A DNA stretch of 64,000 bases from the human T2T-CHM13v2.0 reference genome, Homo sapiens: the NCBI RefSeq assembly GCF_009914755.1, contig NC_060943.1, one strand, 5' to 3'. How positions within the stretch are numbered: position 1 is the first letter of the stretch; the number at the start of each line of letters is the position of its first letter. Under the pieces are notes generated by a model, which was not told the origin of the DNA, ran no database searches, and saw nothing but the letters and a program-made list of their open reading frames with translations. The position numbers and the translations under genes were made by a program. This document shows, one piece after another, positions 45,420 through 63,794 of this stretch.

Positions 45420-48400
45420 TTTCAACCAAGGAGGTCTTGGCAGGAACTGAAATAGAGCTTGCCCATGTTTCTGGAGAACTCTTTCTTCTGGCTGTGGGTT
45501 CTGTGGGAGAAGAGACAGGTAACAAGGATGTTGGGGTCTCAGATGGTGTGAAGGTTAACGTCTGTGTTTCAGCTGTTGTTCCCTCTTCTTCTGCAATGGT
45601 CTGGCTTGAGGTTAACTCAGGAGGCTCCTCCTGGGACATATTTAGAGTGGATGTTGGAGAAAGTGTCAGAGCTGAAGTCTGAAGATGCACCAATATGTTG
45701 GGCTGCCTTGCCATGGAAGGCCCAAGAAATAGTGAAGTCTTTCTGGAGGTGGATGCAGTGGGGGAAAGGAAGCTTGTTTCTTTCTCAGTGGATAGGCTTA
45801 TGGGAGAGGAACTAGAACCAGACCTTGCTGCTTGACCTGTGCTGAAGAGAGTTGTGAGTTTTGATGCAAGAGAGGTCGATGTCATAGCTGATGATGCCTT
45901 GCTTGGGTCTGGATAAGACATGCTCTCTGAGGCATATCTAGGGTCCCCTGTTCCTGAAGTGGGGACTCTGGGTTCATGCCCTGCCATAGAAGGGGAGGCA
46001 GATCCCTCAGGGGTTTCAGTAAAACCTGTTGATTGAAATGAGCTTGCACTTATGGCCTTTGTGGAAGTCATCATCCTTGCCCTTGGGTTTTTTTCTGGAG
46101 ACTTGGACAGTGAGGAAGATGCTGTGCTTGCATCTGAGTCTGGAATGGTGTTCAGGGACTGTCCAGGAGTTGGTAAAGAAGCGGACTTAGTATCCAAACT
46201 TGGAACCTCAGAAAACTCAAATGTCAAGGTAGACTGTGGGATCCCCCAAGTTGGGGGAGCTGTAGTCAGTGAGGCAAAGGCCTTTGATGGGCTTGAGGAG
46301 GCAGAGACAGGTGTTAGGAGGCCTGACTCAGCACTGGTGGGCTTCACAGGTATCCCTTTGGGTGCTGTTGATTGAGTAGCTGTCAGTCTGTTCGTGGTGA
46401 TTTCAGACATGGCTGTAACCTCACCTGGGTTCATGGTCAGAGGGAGAGAAGAAAATGTTTTGGTTCCAGTTGAGTGAGTGGACCCACTTCTGATTCCTCC
46501 AGAGCTAGCCATACCCTGGCTTCCTGTGGTTAGTGGCATCACAGATGCCCTCTCAAGCCCAGCTGATGAGTCTACCAAAGCCGTTGTCTCTGAGTTTTCA
46601 GAACTCTGACTGAATACAAGGGAACCAGTAGTTCCCGCAGGCAAAGTAGAAAGTGCCACTGTGATCGAACCTTCATAGGTTGTATTCCGTGGAGCAACAA
46701 TCTTAGAGGGGGAAGTGGAAGAAGGATGGAGTGGACTTTCTGTTACTCCTTGGATAGTGATTCCAGGGATGCTCCTATCTGGGTTACTTACTGTCTTAAG
46801 AACCAGTGCATCACCATTTGAGGTCTCTGACATGGTCAGGGTAGTCTCTGGGACTGTGCCAAGACTATCCGAAGCTATAGTCACCAGTGGGGTGGAATCA
46901 AAGGATGTAGCTAATGAACTTGTTGGCTCAGTGGCAGTGAGAGGGATGGCTGGAGTGTCCGGGAGTAAAGTAGGGAAGGAAGCTCCAGACAGAGTCCCCG
47001 TACTTGGAAATTTAGAAGGTGGCGTGGACACAGTTGAAAACAAGATGGTATCTGTGACCAAAATCTTTGAGGTAAGTGTTGTGTCTGAAGTCTCAGTGAC
47101 TACCAAAAGGCTCTCAGGAGTAGCTGAAGTTTCCCAGTTTGCTCCAGAGGTGGGTGTAGTTGGGGTCTGTGGTGAAGAATGAATGGCTTTGCTTTCACTC
47201 GTAGTGAGAAGACTGGCTTCTGATGTAGCACTGGATCCAGTGACCACTGCTGCTGAGAGATGGGGAGTGAAGGCAGTGGCTGGTTCAATAGTTGATGCTA
47301 GAAGTGAGTGTGCCTCTCCTGCAGGACTTGTCTTGAGAAAGCCCATGGCAGGTAAGTCAGTAGTACTGCCTACACTGGTCCATGTACCTGGTGCTGGAAC
47401 AGAAGTCACCACAGAATTGCTAGAGGTAGGATTTTCTCCGGAGGCAGTGTCAGTGCTGACCATGGTGCTGAAAGTTCTTACTGGTCTAGACCAGGCTAAT
47501 AGGGCCGAGCTTGTCTCGACAGGGTGGGTGATTGTAAAGGGTGGTAAAGTGGATGGAGTGCCACCCACATTGGAGCCCCCATCAAGAGAATAGGTGTTAC
47601 TGGAAACAGATGGAGAGGTGGCTGTATTTGTCTCTGTTGTAGATGTGGGAACCTGGGGTCTATCTGAAGAGAAGAGAGATGGGGAGGAACTTGCTGTCAT
47701 TCCTGAGATGCTAGTGGGACTGATGGAGGCTGTTTTAGTGACATCCATAGTTGAAGAAGCTATGGAGGTGTTGATCAGATCAGAAGAAGAACTGCTATCT
47801 GAGGGGAGCTCATTTGTTTTCCGTGCGTCAAGGATATCTGAGGTTTTTACTGTAGTTTCATTATCCAGTGAAACTGTGCTGGTCTCTGTGAAACTAGCAG
47901 TGAGAACTATGGGGGAAGTGGTTGGAGCAGCAGAGGTGATTGTCCTTCTCTCTCCCAGTGTAATGGAGGGACTGGCTCCTGTGGGCTTTGTAGACATAGC
48001 TGAACTCATCCAATCCCCAGGAATAGGTGTCACTCTTGAAGTCAACTCATGAGTGAGAGATGAAATGGTTCTAAATGAATGAGTTGTCTTTTCTGGGAAA
48101 TGTGAGATAGTTGTCACTTCAGTATCAGGGGAGGGGGAAAAGGAGACAGTGGGAATACTCTCAGCCCCATCTGAAGGTGTGTCAATTACATCTGATGCTA
48201 CTGTGGACAAGCCAGGTGGACCTGCGCTGTTTACTGGGATGCTTGTTTCTGTATTAGTAGTTGGATGGGACCCCAAAGGGATTGACACTGTCCATGGATC
48301 CTTGTTCATTCTAAAGGAAACCAAAGACTCTGAAGTGGGCAGGGATATTGTCCTAGTTAATTTGGTCCCTGCTGAAGAGGCTGTGCCTAAACTCGGGTTA

Positions 48401-51400
48401 GCAGTACTCTCAGATGTAAGGCCAGAAACATCTGATCTAGAAGTTATGGCCATTGGAAGAGGGACTTCAGAGCTGATACTTGCCCCCACAGGAGTCTCAG
48501 AAAGACCTGTGACCGAGGATGCATCAGTGTTCAAAGTACTCGCGGCTGTATTCTGGGGACCATGGGTCTCTGTTTCTGGATTTCTTTGCTTAGCAGCAGA
48601 TGTGGATGCAGCTGAAAAGAGTGGAAATTCAGTCGTAGTTGAACTTGGGTTTGAAACCCCAGAATGGCCTGAGGACAGTGCCTCAGATAAACTAGTACTT
48701 GGCCAAGTTGTAGTGGGGAGAGATGTAGTGAGGTCCCATAGCCAGGAAGTGATTGCATTCCTCCTACTGATTGTGGAATCCAAGGATTCAAGTGAGGCTG
48801 AGGAATATGGAGAGGATGTGCTGCTTCCAGAAGAGACTGAATTCTCATGGGTAGGGGAAGCAGACACTGCCACAGAGTTGACATATGGAGTTGACTGTGT
48901 CTGCACAGAAACTTTTTCTGAAGAAACTGCATGTAGTGGTTGAGTGGACTGTTCAATTGTGCCTGTACTGGTCCATACAATTGTTGGTGGGGTGATGGGA
49001 GAATGTGTCATGGGTGCTGAGTTGATGTCTGGTCCTGAGGTTATGCCTGTAGAAATGACTTCTTCCACTGGAATGGATGAAAAAGGCAATGTTAAGCTTA
49101 TGGCCCTGTTTCCAGGAGTGGAAGTCAAAGTGGTCTCTGCTCCAGGAGCTGAGGTCTCAGGTCGGGGATGGATTGAAGAAGACACTTCACTCTTCTCTGT
49201 GTAAGTCATGGAAGTGTGAGTGCTGTTTCCCATAGACAGGGACTTAGAAGAGGTATCAGAGCCGTTTTCCAATCTGGAGGCTCTAGTGACACCAGTATTC
49301 AATGACCTGTCAGTGGCCAAAGTCCCTGCAGAGCTGGTGTGCACCCCATGGCTGAGGTCAAGTGAATCTGTGGTATTGGGGGCATTACTGAGAGTGAGAG
49401 AAATCCATGGTGTCACCTCCATTGATGGAGTTGGAGATGGAAGATCCATAGAGGCAGTTCTGAGTTTTTCTTTTCCTGTATTTTCAGTGCTTCCCAAAGC
49501 TGTGGACATAAGGGTAGCTGAGCTGGACTCTGTCCTTGCTGAAGACTTGGAGATGTCTGAGGTCATAACTGTGGTGACCTCCTTGGTCCAAAATGTGCTG
49601 CCCCCTATGAATTCCACATCAGGAGTTGTAGGAGATGAGGTTAGAGGGATGCTTGTGCTCATCTGGCTTCCTTCAGCATAGCTGGGTTCAAGAGAGGAGG
49701 AGAGAGCTGTATTTCCCTGTGTGTTCAGCCTTGGGCTGCTTCCCTTACTAGAATCTGTGACTCCTTCAGTAGTTGACTCAGAAAGGACAGAGGAAACTCT
49801 TCCTAATGACTGGCTGATGCTTCTTCCTGGAGCACTAGTAACAAGGAGTCCCATTGTCCCAGCCATAGAGACAGTGGCTGTAGAACTTCTTCTTTCCAGT
49901 GCCATGTTTGTGGATGTCTCAGCTGGGGAGGATGTTCCTATGGGAAGGTGGGCTATGCCCAGGGTGACTCCACTACTACTGCTCCCTGTTGTTGTGTTGT
50001 CCATGGGTGGAGTGGATTGAATGTTTGTTGGGCCAGTCTCAATCTCTCTGGACAGTGTGTCTGTAGATGGTTTCCAAAAAGTGGTTGCCTCAGAGGAGCT
50101 TCTCCCTTGTGTCCCGAGCTCAGGGTAGACTTCAGTAAGATGGGAAGGGGATGCTGAGGCTGGTATAGATGTTTGATCTTTGAGTGACTGTGTCACGTGA
50201 GTAGGACTCATCGTTGCAGAAAGGGTGTCCTGTGCTTGTGTTGAGTGTTCAATCACACTGGTCCACGTGGTTGTCAGTGGGGTGATAGGAACAGTTGTTA
50301 AGTCCCCAGTTCTGCCCAAACTCCTGATTCCTAGGTGCTGATCCAACGTTGTTGAATCTGTATTTCTAATGGCACTGGTATCTGCCTCTGACTTTGAAAG
50401 TTCATGAGAAGGTGTGGACATAGGTGGAAAAATAGCAAATGTACTCATGGGTGAACTTGGACTTGAAATATCAAGGTCTGTTGAAGCCATTTCCTCTGTC
50501 AAACTGGTACTCAGCCATGTTGCCATGGGGAGAGTGATTGTGGTCTGCTCACTGGGAGCAAGGACCAGGGGTTCCCCTGGGACATCAGAAGTTAGTTCCA
50601 ATGTGCTGCTTCCAATGGTAGGGGAGGTAGGGATTACTACAGAGACAGGTCCTGGAGCTGACTGTGTCTCAAATCCAGATGATTTTTCTGCCAAATTTGT
50701 GTAATGTAATTGAGTGGAGTGTTCAGTTGTGTCTGTGATGGTCCATGCTTTTGTGGCCGGACTGGTGAGATTGGGTGAACTTGAGATTTTAGGACTTCCA
50801 GAGTAAGCAGCTGGGGTGGCGGACTCTGTCTTTGGATGGTTTTCTGTGGTTCTGAGTGTCCTCACTGAGTGGGGTGTAGAGACCTGAGCTGAACTTGTAT
50901 CCTTAGGATCCGTAGTGGTGATGTAGGTGGTGGGGTCCCAGGTACTACCAGTGTTAGTCTCTCCAGGAGCTGTCATCTCAGGTGAAGACCCAGAAGAGTA
51001 AGCCATTCTGGCTGTTGATACATGAATGTGGGTCTCTATTGAGGGGAAGGTGAGAGGTGTGTAAGAGCCAGGTTTTACTACTGAAGCCATGGTAAGTTTG
51101 ATGGTGCTTGGACTTTCTGAACTAGCGTGTGCTCCGAGGTGGATGCTGGGTGTGTTTGTTGATTCAGGGTAGGTGCTGAGGGTTGGAAGTCCCCCTTCTG
51201 ATGCCTCCAATGATGTGGCTGGAGATGGAGTGTCCAAGGGAACCAGGGTGCTTTTTCCTATGGCACCACTTGTTGGAATATTACTTGGTGTCAAGGAAGT
51301 CGTGGAAGGTAAGTTGGGCATGTTCCACCGACTAGTTTCAACTGTGTCCATTATCATGCTTGTGGTGACTCTCTGAGTTGAAAATGTGGAGCTCATTGTG

Positions 51401-54400
51401 ACTTTGGGAGTAGGAGAAGAAGGAGATGAGGACAAGATGCCAAGCCAGGTGCTTCTAGCAGAGCCAGGATCAGGAGATGGAGGGTGAGTTGCAGTCATTT
51501 GTGGAGTCAGAGCTGAGCTTGTTCCATCTCTAGGTATTGTAATTTCTCTGGATGTTAAATGATAGACATCATCAGAAAATGTGTCAACGAATTGGCTTGT
51601 CCTTCCTGGAGTGCTTGAGCCAGCAGCATCCATGGACTGAGATGGAGATACTGACATTGAGACACTTTCTTTGGCCATGGTAAAATCCATAGATGTCTCA
51701 GAGGAAGCTGTGGTTCCAATGGGCAGATGGCTTGTGTCCAATCTTCCTTCAGTAATGTAGCCCTTTCCAATTGGGATGTTGGTAGAAGCCACAGCCATAG
51801 AGCCTGGGCCATTCGTGGTCTCTGTTGTGAGGATGGTTGTTGATGGTTCCCTGATAGAAGTTGCTTCCATGGAACTAGTTGCTGGAGAAGTGAATTTAGA
51901 GACCATTACAGTAGCAGAGAGAGAAGTGGCAGAGGTTGAAACAGTGGTTGTTGCTGAAGGTAACCCTGTCTTGAATCTGGGACTAGTCTCTGGCCAAGTT
52001 GTGCTTTGGGGTGCAGCAGAGTCATTAAACGTGTCTCTATTGGTCTGTGACATTGTTGCCGTCCCAGTGAGGTGAGATATTTTAGGAAGAGCTGAACCAG
52101 TTGAGTTTGTAACTGAGGTACTGCTCGTAGCTCTGAGCTCACTCACTAGGTGGGATGAAGAGAACTGAGCTGAACGTGTAGGCCAGGTGTCCATGGTGGG
52201 GAATACTGGGGTAGGGACAGAGGTGCTGGCCAAGGTGGTCCTTACTCTGGAAACAGAAGTCTCAGGTTGAGACACAGATGGATTCGAAGTTTCCTCTGTT
52301 TCTTCTCCACTAGTAAATAGATGAGTGGAAGGAGTAGATGAAGAAAATGTGGTTTTGACTCCAGAGACACTTGGGAGGCTGAGAGTGCTAGGACTCTCTG
52401 ACGATTCTGAAGTCAGTGTCCCAGTTGGGTGGATGTTAGGTGAGTCTGTAGTCTCAGCAGAGGTGCTGAGAGTGAGGACACTCCCTGCTGTCTCTTCCCC
52501 TGATGGAGATGGATGAGTCAGAGGGGAAGTTGCATTTCTGACTCTTTCAGGACTTGTTGCTGCATTGCTTAGGGTCATGGAGGAAAGAACGGCTGAGCTG
52601 GGCTTTGTCTTTGTTGAGATTTCAGGAGTCCCTGTGGTAATAGATGAGGTGGCTTTGTGGTGTGAGAATGTGCTGGTCGCTGACACTTTATCCTCAAGAA
52701 CTGAAGCAGATGACAACAGAGGAATGCTGGTGCTTATCTTGGTGTGTCCTGCAGAGTCTGGTTCAGGGGAAGAGAAGGGATGTCTAGTGTTTAATGGAGT
52801 CAGTCCCAGGCTGGTTCCTTCCCTGAAAGCTGAGGACTGTAGAGATGATGTCTCAGGGATGACAGAAGAAACCATTGTATATGATGGCTTTGTCCCTCCT
52901 GGAGGACTTGAGCCAGCAGCCGTCTTGCTCACTGCTGGAGACACGGAGACTGGGACACCGTTCGTGGCCAGAGTCAAATCTGCGGATGTCTCAGATGATG
53001 CTGTGGCTCTGGTGAGTAGGTGGGTTGTGCCCTGGCTTCCCCTGGTGCTGCTGCCTCCTGTCATTGAAATCCCAGTGGGAACAGCAAACTGATGGGTGGT
53101 TGGGCCAGCTGTGGATTCTCCGATGAGTGTGTCTGCAGATGTTTCTTCAAGCCAAATCCCTTTTGTGGAGCTGGTCTTCAGGGTGGTGAAGCCAGAGACC
53201 ACTGAGGGAACAGAAGTGGTGATAGGGGCTGCCACACTGGTTGATGCTGGGGGTCTCTCTGTTTTCATGCTAGGACTTGTCTCCACCCACTGTGTGTGCT
53301 GGGGTTCACTAAATTGCTGAGCTGTGCTTTCACTGGTCCATGATGATGCTTTTGAGGTGCTGGAAGTGGTTGCCCTCAGGATGTCAGAGCTCCCGTGGGC
53401 AGCTGTGCTGGAACTCTGCCTCCCAGAGGTGCTGCCTGTGGTTCTGAGCTCTCTTGTTGGGTGGGATGAAGAGACCTGAGATGGACTTCTGATCTTGCTG
53501 TCAAGAGTTGTAAAACCTAGAGTGGGGACCAAGGTGGCAGTCATTTCGGACTCTTCTCCAGGAGCAGAGGTCTCAAGTGGAGTCATAGATGTATTCAAAG
53601 TTCCTTCTGTTTCCTTTCCACTCGTGGAGTGATGGGTGTTGGTCTCCTCTGAGACTAAAGTGGTAGATGGAGATGTGGTTGTCAGCGCTGAAGTGCTGGT
53701 GCCACCAAGGGTACCTGGACTTCCCAACCATTCTGAAGCCAAAGTCTTGGCTATGTGGGTGCTGGGTATATCCATGGTCTCAGCGAAGGCATGGAAGGTA
53801 AGGATAGTCTCTGCTGTCTGCTTTGTGGATATTGATGGAGTCCCCAGAGAGGAAATTGTGCTTCTGACCCTTTCGGCACTTGTTTCTGCATTGCTTAGTG
53901 TCATGGAAAAAGGGATAGCTGAGTTGGGCATTGTGCTGGCTCTGGCCTCGGGCACCCCAGGAGACAGAGGGGAGGTGAGACTCTGGCCTGAGAATATGCT
54001 GGTCTCTGATATTTTATTATCGAGAACTGAAGCAGATGATGACAAAGGCGCACTGGTACTTATTCTGCTGTGTCCTGCAGAGCCAGGTTCAGGAGAGGAG
54101 AAGGGATATCCAGTGGTTGATAGAATCAGTTCCAGGCTTGTTTCACCTCTGGAATTTGGGGTCCCTTTAGGTGATAGGTCAAGGAAGGAAGAATAAAGTG
54201 TCCCAAATGATGGGTTTGTCCTTCCTGGAGTATGTGAGTCAGTAACTGTGGTCTCAGCTGGAGTCATAGACACTGGGGCATTTTCCTTGGATGCAGTTGA
54301 ATCTGCAAATGTTTTCATTGGAGATGTGATTTTTACAGGAATATATCTTGTGTCCCAGGGGGTCTCTGTGCTGTCACCTTCAGTTGTTGAGGTCTCAGTG

Positions 54401-54894
54401 GGGACTGTGTACTTCTCAGTGACTGGGCCACTTGTGGTCTCTACAGTGAGTGTGTATGTAGATGCTTCTTTGGTAAAATTTCCTTCTGTGGAACTGGTCC
54501 TGGTCCTTGGGGAACTCAATCCTGAAACCATGCTTGTAGCAGGGTAGTTCCTAGAGGGAGTTCCATTGACCTGGGGACTCAGCGATGGGCTGGTTCTTTG
54601 CTCGGAGTGTGTCATTCCTCTAGAGGTTGACTCAGGGAGAGCAGAGGACATCACCCCCAAAGACTGGGTGGTTCTTCCCACAACCGAAGATGTAGGACTG
54701 GCCAAGGTCTTATCTGGGGAAGTAAAGGGCAGAGTATGTTCTGTCACCACGATTGCACCTGTAGATGTCTTAGGTGACAAGGTGGCTCCTGTCAGTCCTG
54801 AATCCATTTCTGGTGTGGCTTTAGTGCTCCTGCTCCCTGTCATCAAGGAGCGGGTGGGAGAAGATGACCCAGGAAGGCCTGAGGGTTTCAGCAT
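45420..54894 (-). CDS. MUC16: MUC16 conventional first coding exon (9475 nt), PTS-rich mucin domain
   Basis: ORF begins MLKPSGLPGSSSPTRSLMTGSRSTKATPEM, the recognised MUC16 N-terminus. Donor A|GTAAGA at 45419; phase 1 joins in frame to exon 2. Confidence 0.97.
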
Positions 54895-55098
54895 GGACAG
54901 GTCAACATTTGCCTCTGGATGGAGGTCTAAGAAGAATCCCCTCAGAGAGGGTGGCCTCTGCAGAGCTTCTGAGCTCCCTGAAACTCCAAAATTTCTCAGG
55001 GTGGGAGATATGGCTGGGGTCCCCGCATTTGACCTGGGAAAACCTGTGTCTAGAAGAGCTGCCGTATGTATGGAGGTTGGGGGAATTGTGCAACGCTT
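54895..55098 (-). other. MUC16: 204-nt in-frame open extension of exon 1 up to a splice-acceptor-like site (conventional 5'UTR)
   Basis: 68 stop-free codons (KRCTIPPTS...EANVDLS) in frame with the ATG, bounded by cctttcctttctctccctgagatttggtcttctcaattAG. Confidence 0.7.
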
Positions 55099-55264
55099 CT
55101 AATTGAGAAGACCAAATCTCAGGGAGAGAAAGGAAAGGATAGTTCAACCACAGACAATTTCCTCAAATAAACACCTGATGATCTCAATTCTTCCCTTCAA
55201 ACTTTTTAACGGATTCTCAGTGTCTGCAGAATAGAATTTCTTAGTGTATCATGTCTTAATGATC

Positions 55265-55288
55265 CTCTCTCTCTCTCTCTCTCTGAGT

Positions 55289-55321
<33 letters not shown>
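55265..55321. repeat. (CT)n(GT)n microsatellite
   Basis: Direct reading. Confidence 0.95.
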
Positions 55322-55322
<1 letters not shown>

Positions 55323-55342
55323 TGTCTTAGAAACCAGGAACC

Positions 55343-55737
55343 AGGCTGGGCACGGTGGCTCATGCCTGTAATCCCAGCACTTTGGGAGGTGAGGTGGGAG
55401 GATCACCTGAGGTTGGGAGTTTGAGATCAGCCTGACCAACATGGAGAAACCCCGTCTCTACTAAAAATACAAAATTATTTTTAATTTTTTAAAAATAATT
55501 TTAAAAAAAATTTTAATAAAAATAAATATTGGGTGTGGTGGCATGTGTCTGTAATCCCAGCTACTTAGGAGGCTGAGGCAGGAGAATCACTTGACCCTAG
55601 GAGGCAGATGTTGCAGTAAGCCAAGGTCACACCACTGCACTCCAGCATGGGTAATAAGAGCTCTGTCTCAAAAAGAAAGAGAAAGAAAGAAAAGAAAGGA
55701 AGGAAGGAAGGAAGGAAGGAAGGAAGGAAGGAAGGAA

Positions 55738-55770
<33 letters not shown>

Positions 55771-56047
55771 GAAGGAAGGAAGGAAGGAAGGAAGGAAGGA
55801 AGGGAGGGAGAGAAAGAGAAAGAAGGAAGGAAGGAAGGAAAAAAAGAAAGAAAGAGAAAGAAAGAGAAAGGAAGGAAGGAGGGAGGGAGGGAAGGAAGAG
55901 AGAAAGAAAGAAAGAAGGAAAGAAAGAAAGAGAGAAAGAGAGAGGGAGGGAGGGAGGAAGGGAGGAAGGAAGAAAGAAAAGGAAAGAAAGAGAGGACCGA
56001 GGGAGTGAGGAAGGGAGGAAGGGAAAGAAAGAAAAAAAGAAAGAAAG
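55343..56047 (+). mobile_element. Alu with AT-rich expanded linker and a long GGAA/GAAA polypurine tail
   Basis: Alu motifs; pure purine at 55670-55996. Confidence 0.9.
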
Positions 56048-56066
56048 ATGCAGATAGAGCCCCTAC

Positions 56067-56615
<549 letters not shown>

Positions 56616-56722
56616 CTGATTTAGGACAGAAGAGGAAAAAAAAAAGAATTTCCTGGCAGCTCACTATCTCTGGCTGTTTTTGTTGAGGGAAAAGTGCAGG
56701 GAAGATTTTTCACTTTGGGCAT

Positions 56723-57464
<742 letters not shown>

Positions 57465-57671
57465 GGCATGGCTCATGGATTTCTCTCAAGATGAGGCCCA
57501 CCTTGGTTCTAAGCTGCGTCTCCTAGGAATTGAGTTTTTCCCTAGGCCGGTGGGGTAAGTGAAACTATAATTCATTCCTCATGCTTTCCCAATCTTCTTT
57601 TCTACTCAGGAGCTACCAATTTTATCCAGGTCAAAATGATTGAAGAACCACGTCCTTTGCCCACTGTGTAA

Positions 57672-60453
<2,782 letters not shown>

Positions 60454-60588
60454 CTGGGTCAAAACATTAGCAGAGAAGATGCTACATGCAGGTGTTATGT
60501 GGAGTGCCTTGGTCCTCACCACAACCTGGGGAGACAAGTGCTATCCTTCCCATTTTACAGCTGAAGAAACTGAAGTCTAAGGAGGTGA

Positions 60589-62040
<1,452 letters not shown>

Positions 62041-62085
62041 TAACCAGTAGTTTTTGTAGATGCTACACCCCGCGAGGAAGACACA

Positions 62086-62103
62086 AGTGCCCCCTGCTGG
62101 CCA
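62086..62103 (-). promoter_or_regulatory. CTCF core motif
   Basis: TGGCCAGCAGGGGGCACT versus consensus TGGCCASYAGRKGGCRS. Confidence 0.6.
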
Positions 62104-62354
62104 ATCCTTTTAGTTTATCTTCTTGTATGTATCAGATTTAGTTATTATTTACGTAGCTAAAAGAATCTCGGGTCTATTTGGTTACTTTGGTTACCTAATA
62201 CTTGACCTATTTGGAAATAGAAAAGGATGTTTCCTGTTTGTTTAGAGGCATTCCAAAGGTTCTACAGACAGTGATATTTCACTACCTAGTCATAGCCTTG
62301 TCCATGTCAAGTAGTTCGGGTGCTTTCTTACCTTGGGTCCTCACACATTCTTAG

Positions 62355-63160
<806 letters not shown>

Positions 63161-63231
63161 ATTTGGAAAGCCATTCCCAAGGGCATGTAGCCCTAGATGA
63201 TTTTCCAGGGAGTCTGAAAAGCAATACTTAC

Positions 63232-63758
63232 GAAGACAGTTAGTCAATTTGTAACCTTAGCATTGACTAGGAACAAGTAGAGCTTGAAAGGGCAGCTGAG
63301 GCTGGGCGCGGTGGCTCAAGCCTATAATCCCAGCACTTTGGGAGGCCGAGGCGGGCGGATCACGAGGTCAGGAGATCGAGACCACGGTGAAACCCCGTCT
63401 TCACTACAAATACAAAAAATTAGCTGGGCGCGGTGGCGGGCGCCTGTAGTCCCAGCTGCTCAGGAGGCTGAGGCAGGAGAATGGCGTGAACTCTGGAGGC
63501 AGAGCTTGCAGTGAGCCAAGACTGCGCCACTGCACTCCAGCCTGGGCGACAGAGCGAGACTCAGTCAGTCTCCAAAAAAAAAAAAGAAAAGAAAAGAAAC
63601 GAAAAGAAAAGAAAAGGGCAGCTGAACCCCTGGAGAGGCAGAGAATGGGGCACTTCTGTCAATCAGCACCACAGTGGTAGATGTCTCTGCCCCAGTTCCT
63701 GTGGGTAGGTGGGCTGTGTGTGTATGGAGTCAGGATTGTTGTTCTCTAGTTCGAGGAA
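63232..63758 (-). pseudogene. Mucin PTS exon relic interrupted by a young Alu
   Basis: Acceptor ccttcctatctcccattcAG, peptide [23 protein letters not shown], one in-frame TGA, Alu with TSD, GTAAGT donor at 63231. Confidence 0.5.
63300..63612 (+). mobile_element. AluY-lineage element with a 12-nt left-arm deletion and 13-bp TSD
   Basis: gagaccacggtgaaacccc; TSD aaagggcagctga at 63287-63299 and 63613-63625. Confidence 0.88.
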
Positions 63759-63794
63759 CTGAATGGGAGATAGGAAGGACTATGCTCCCCATTG

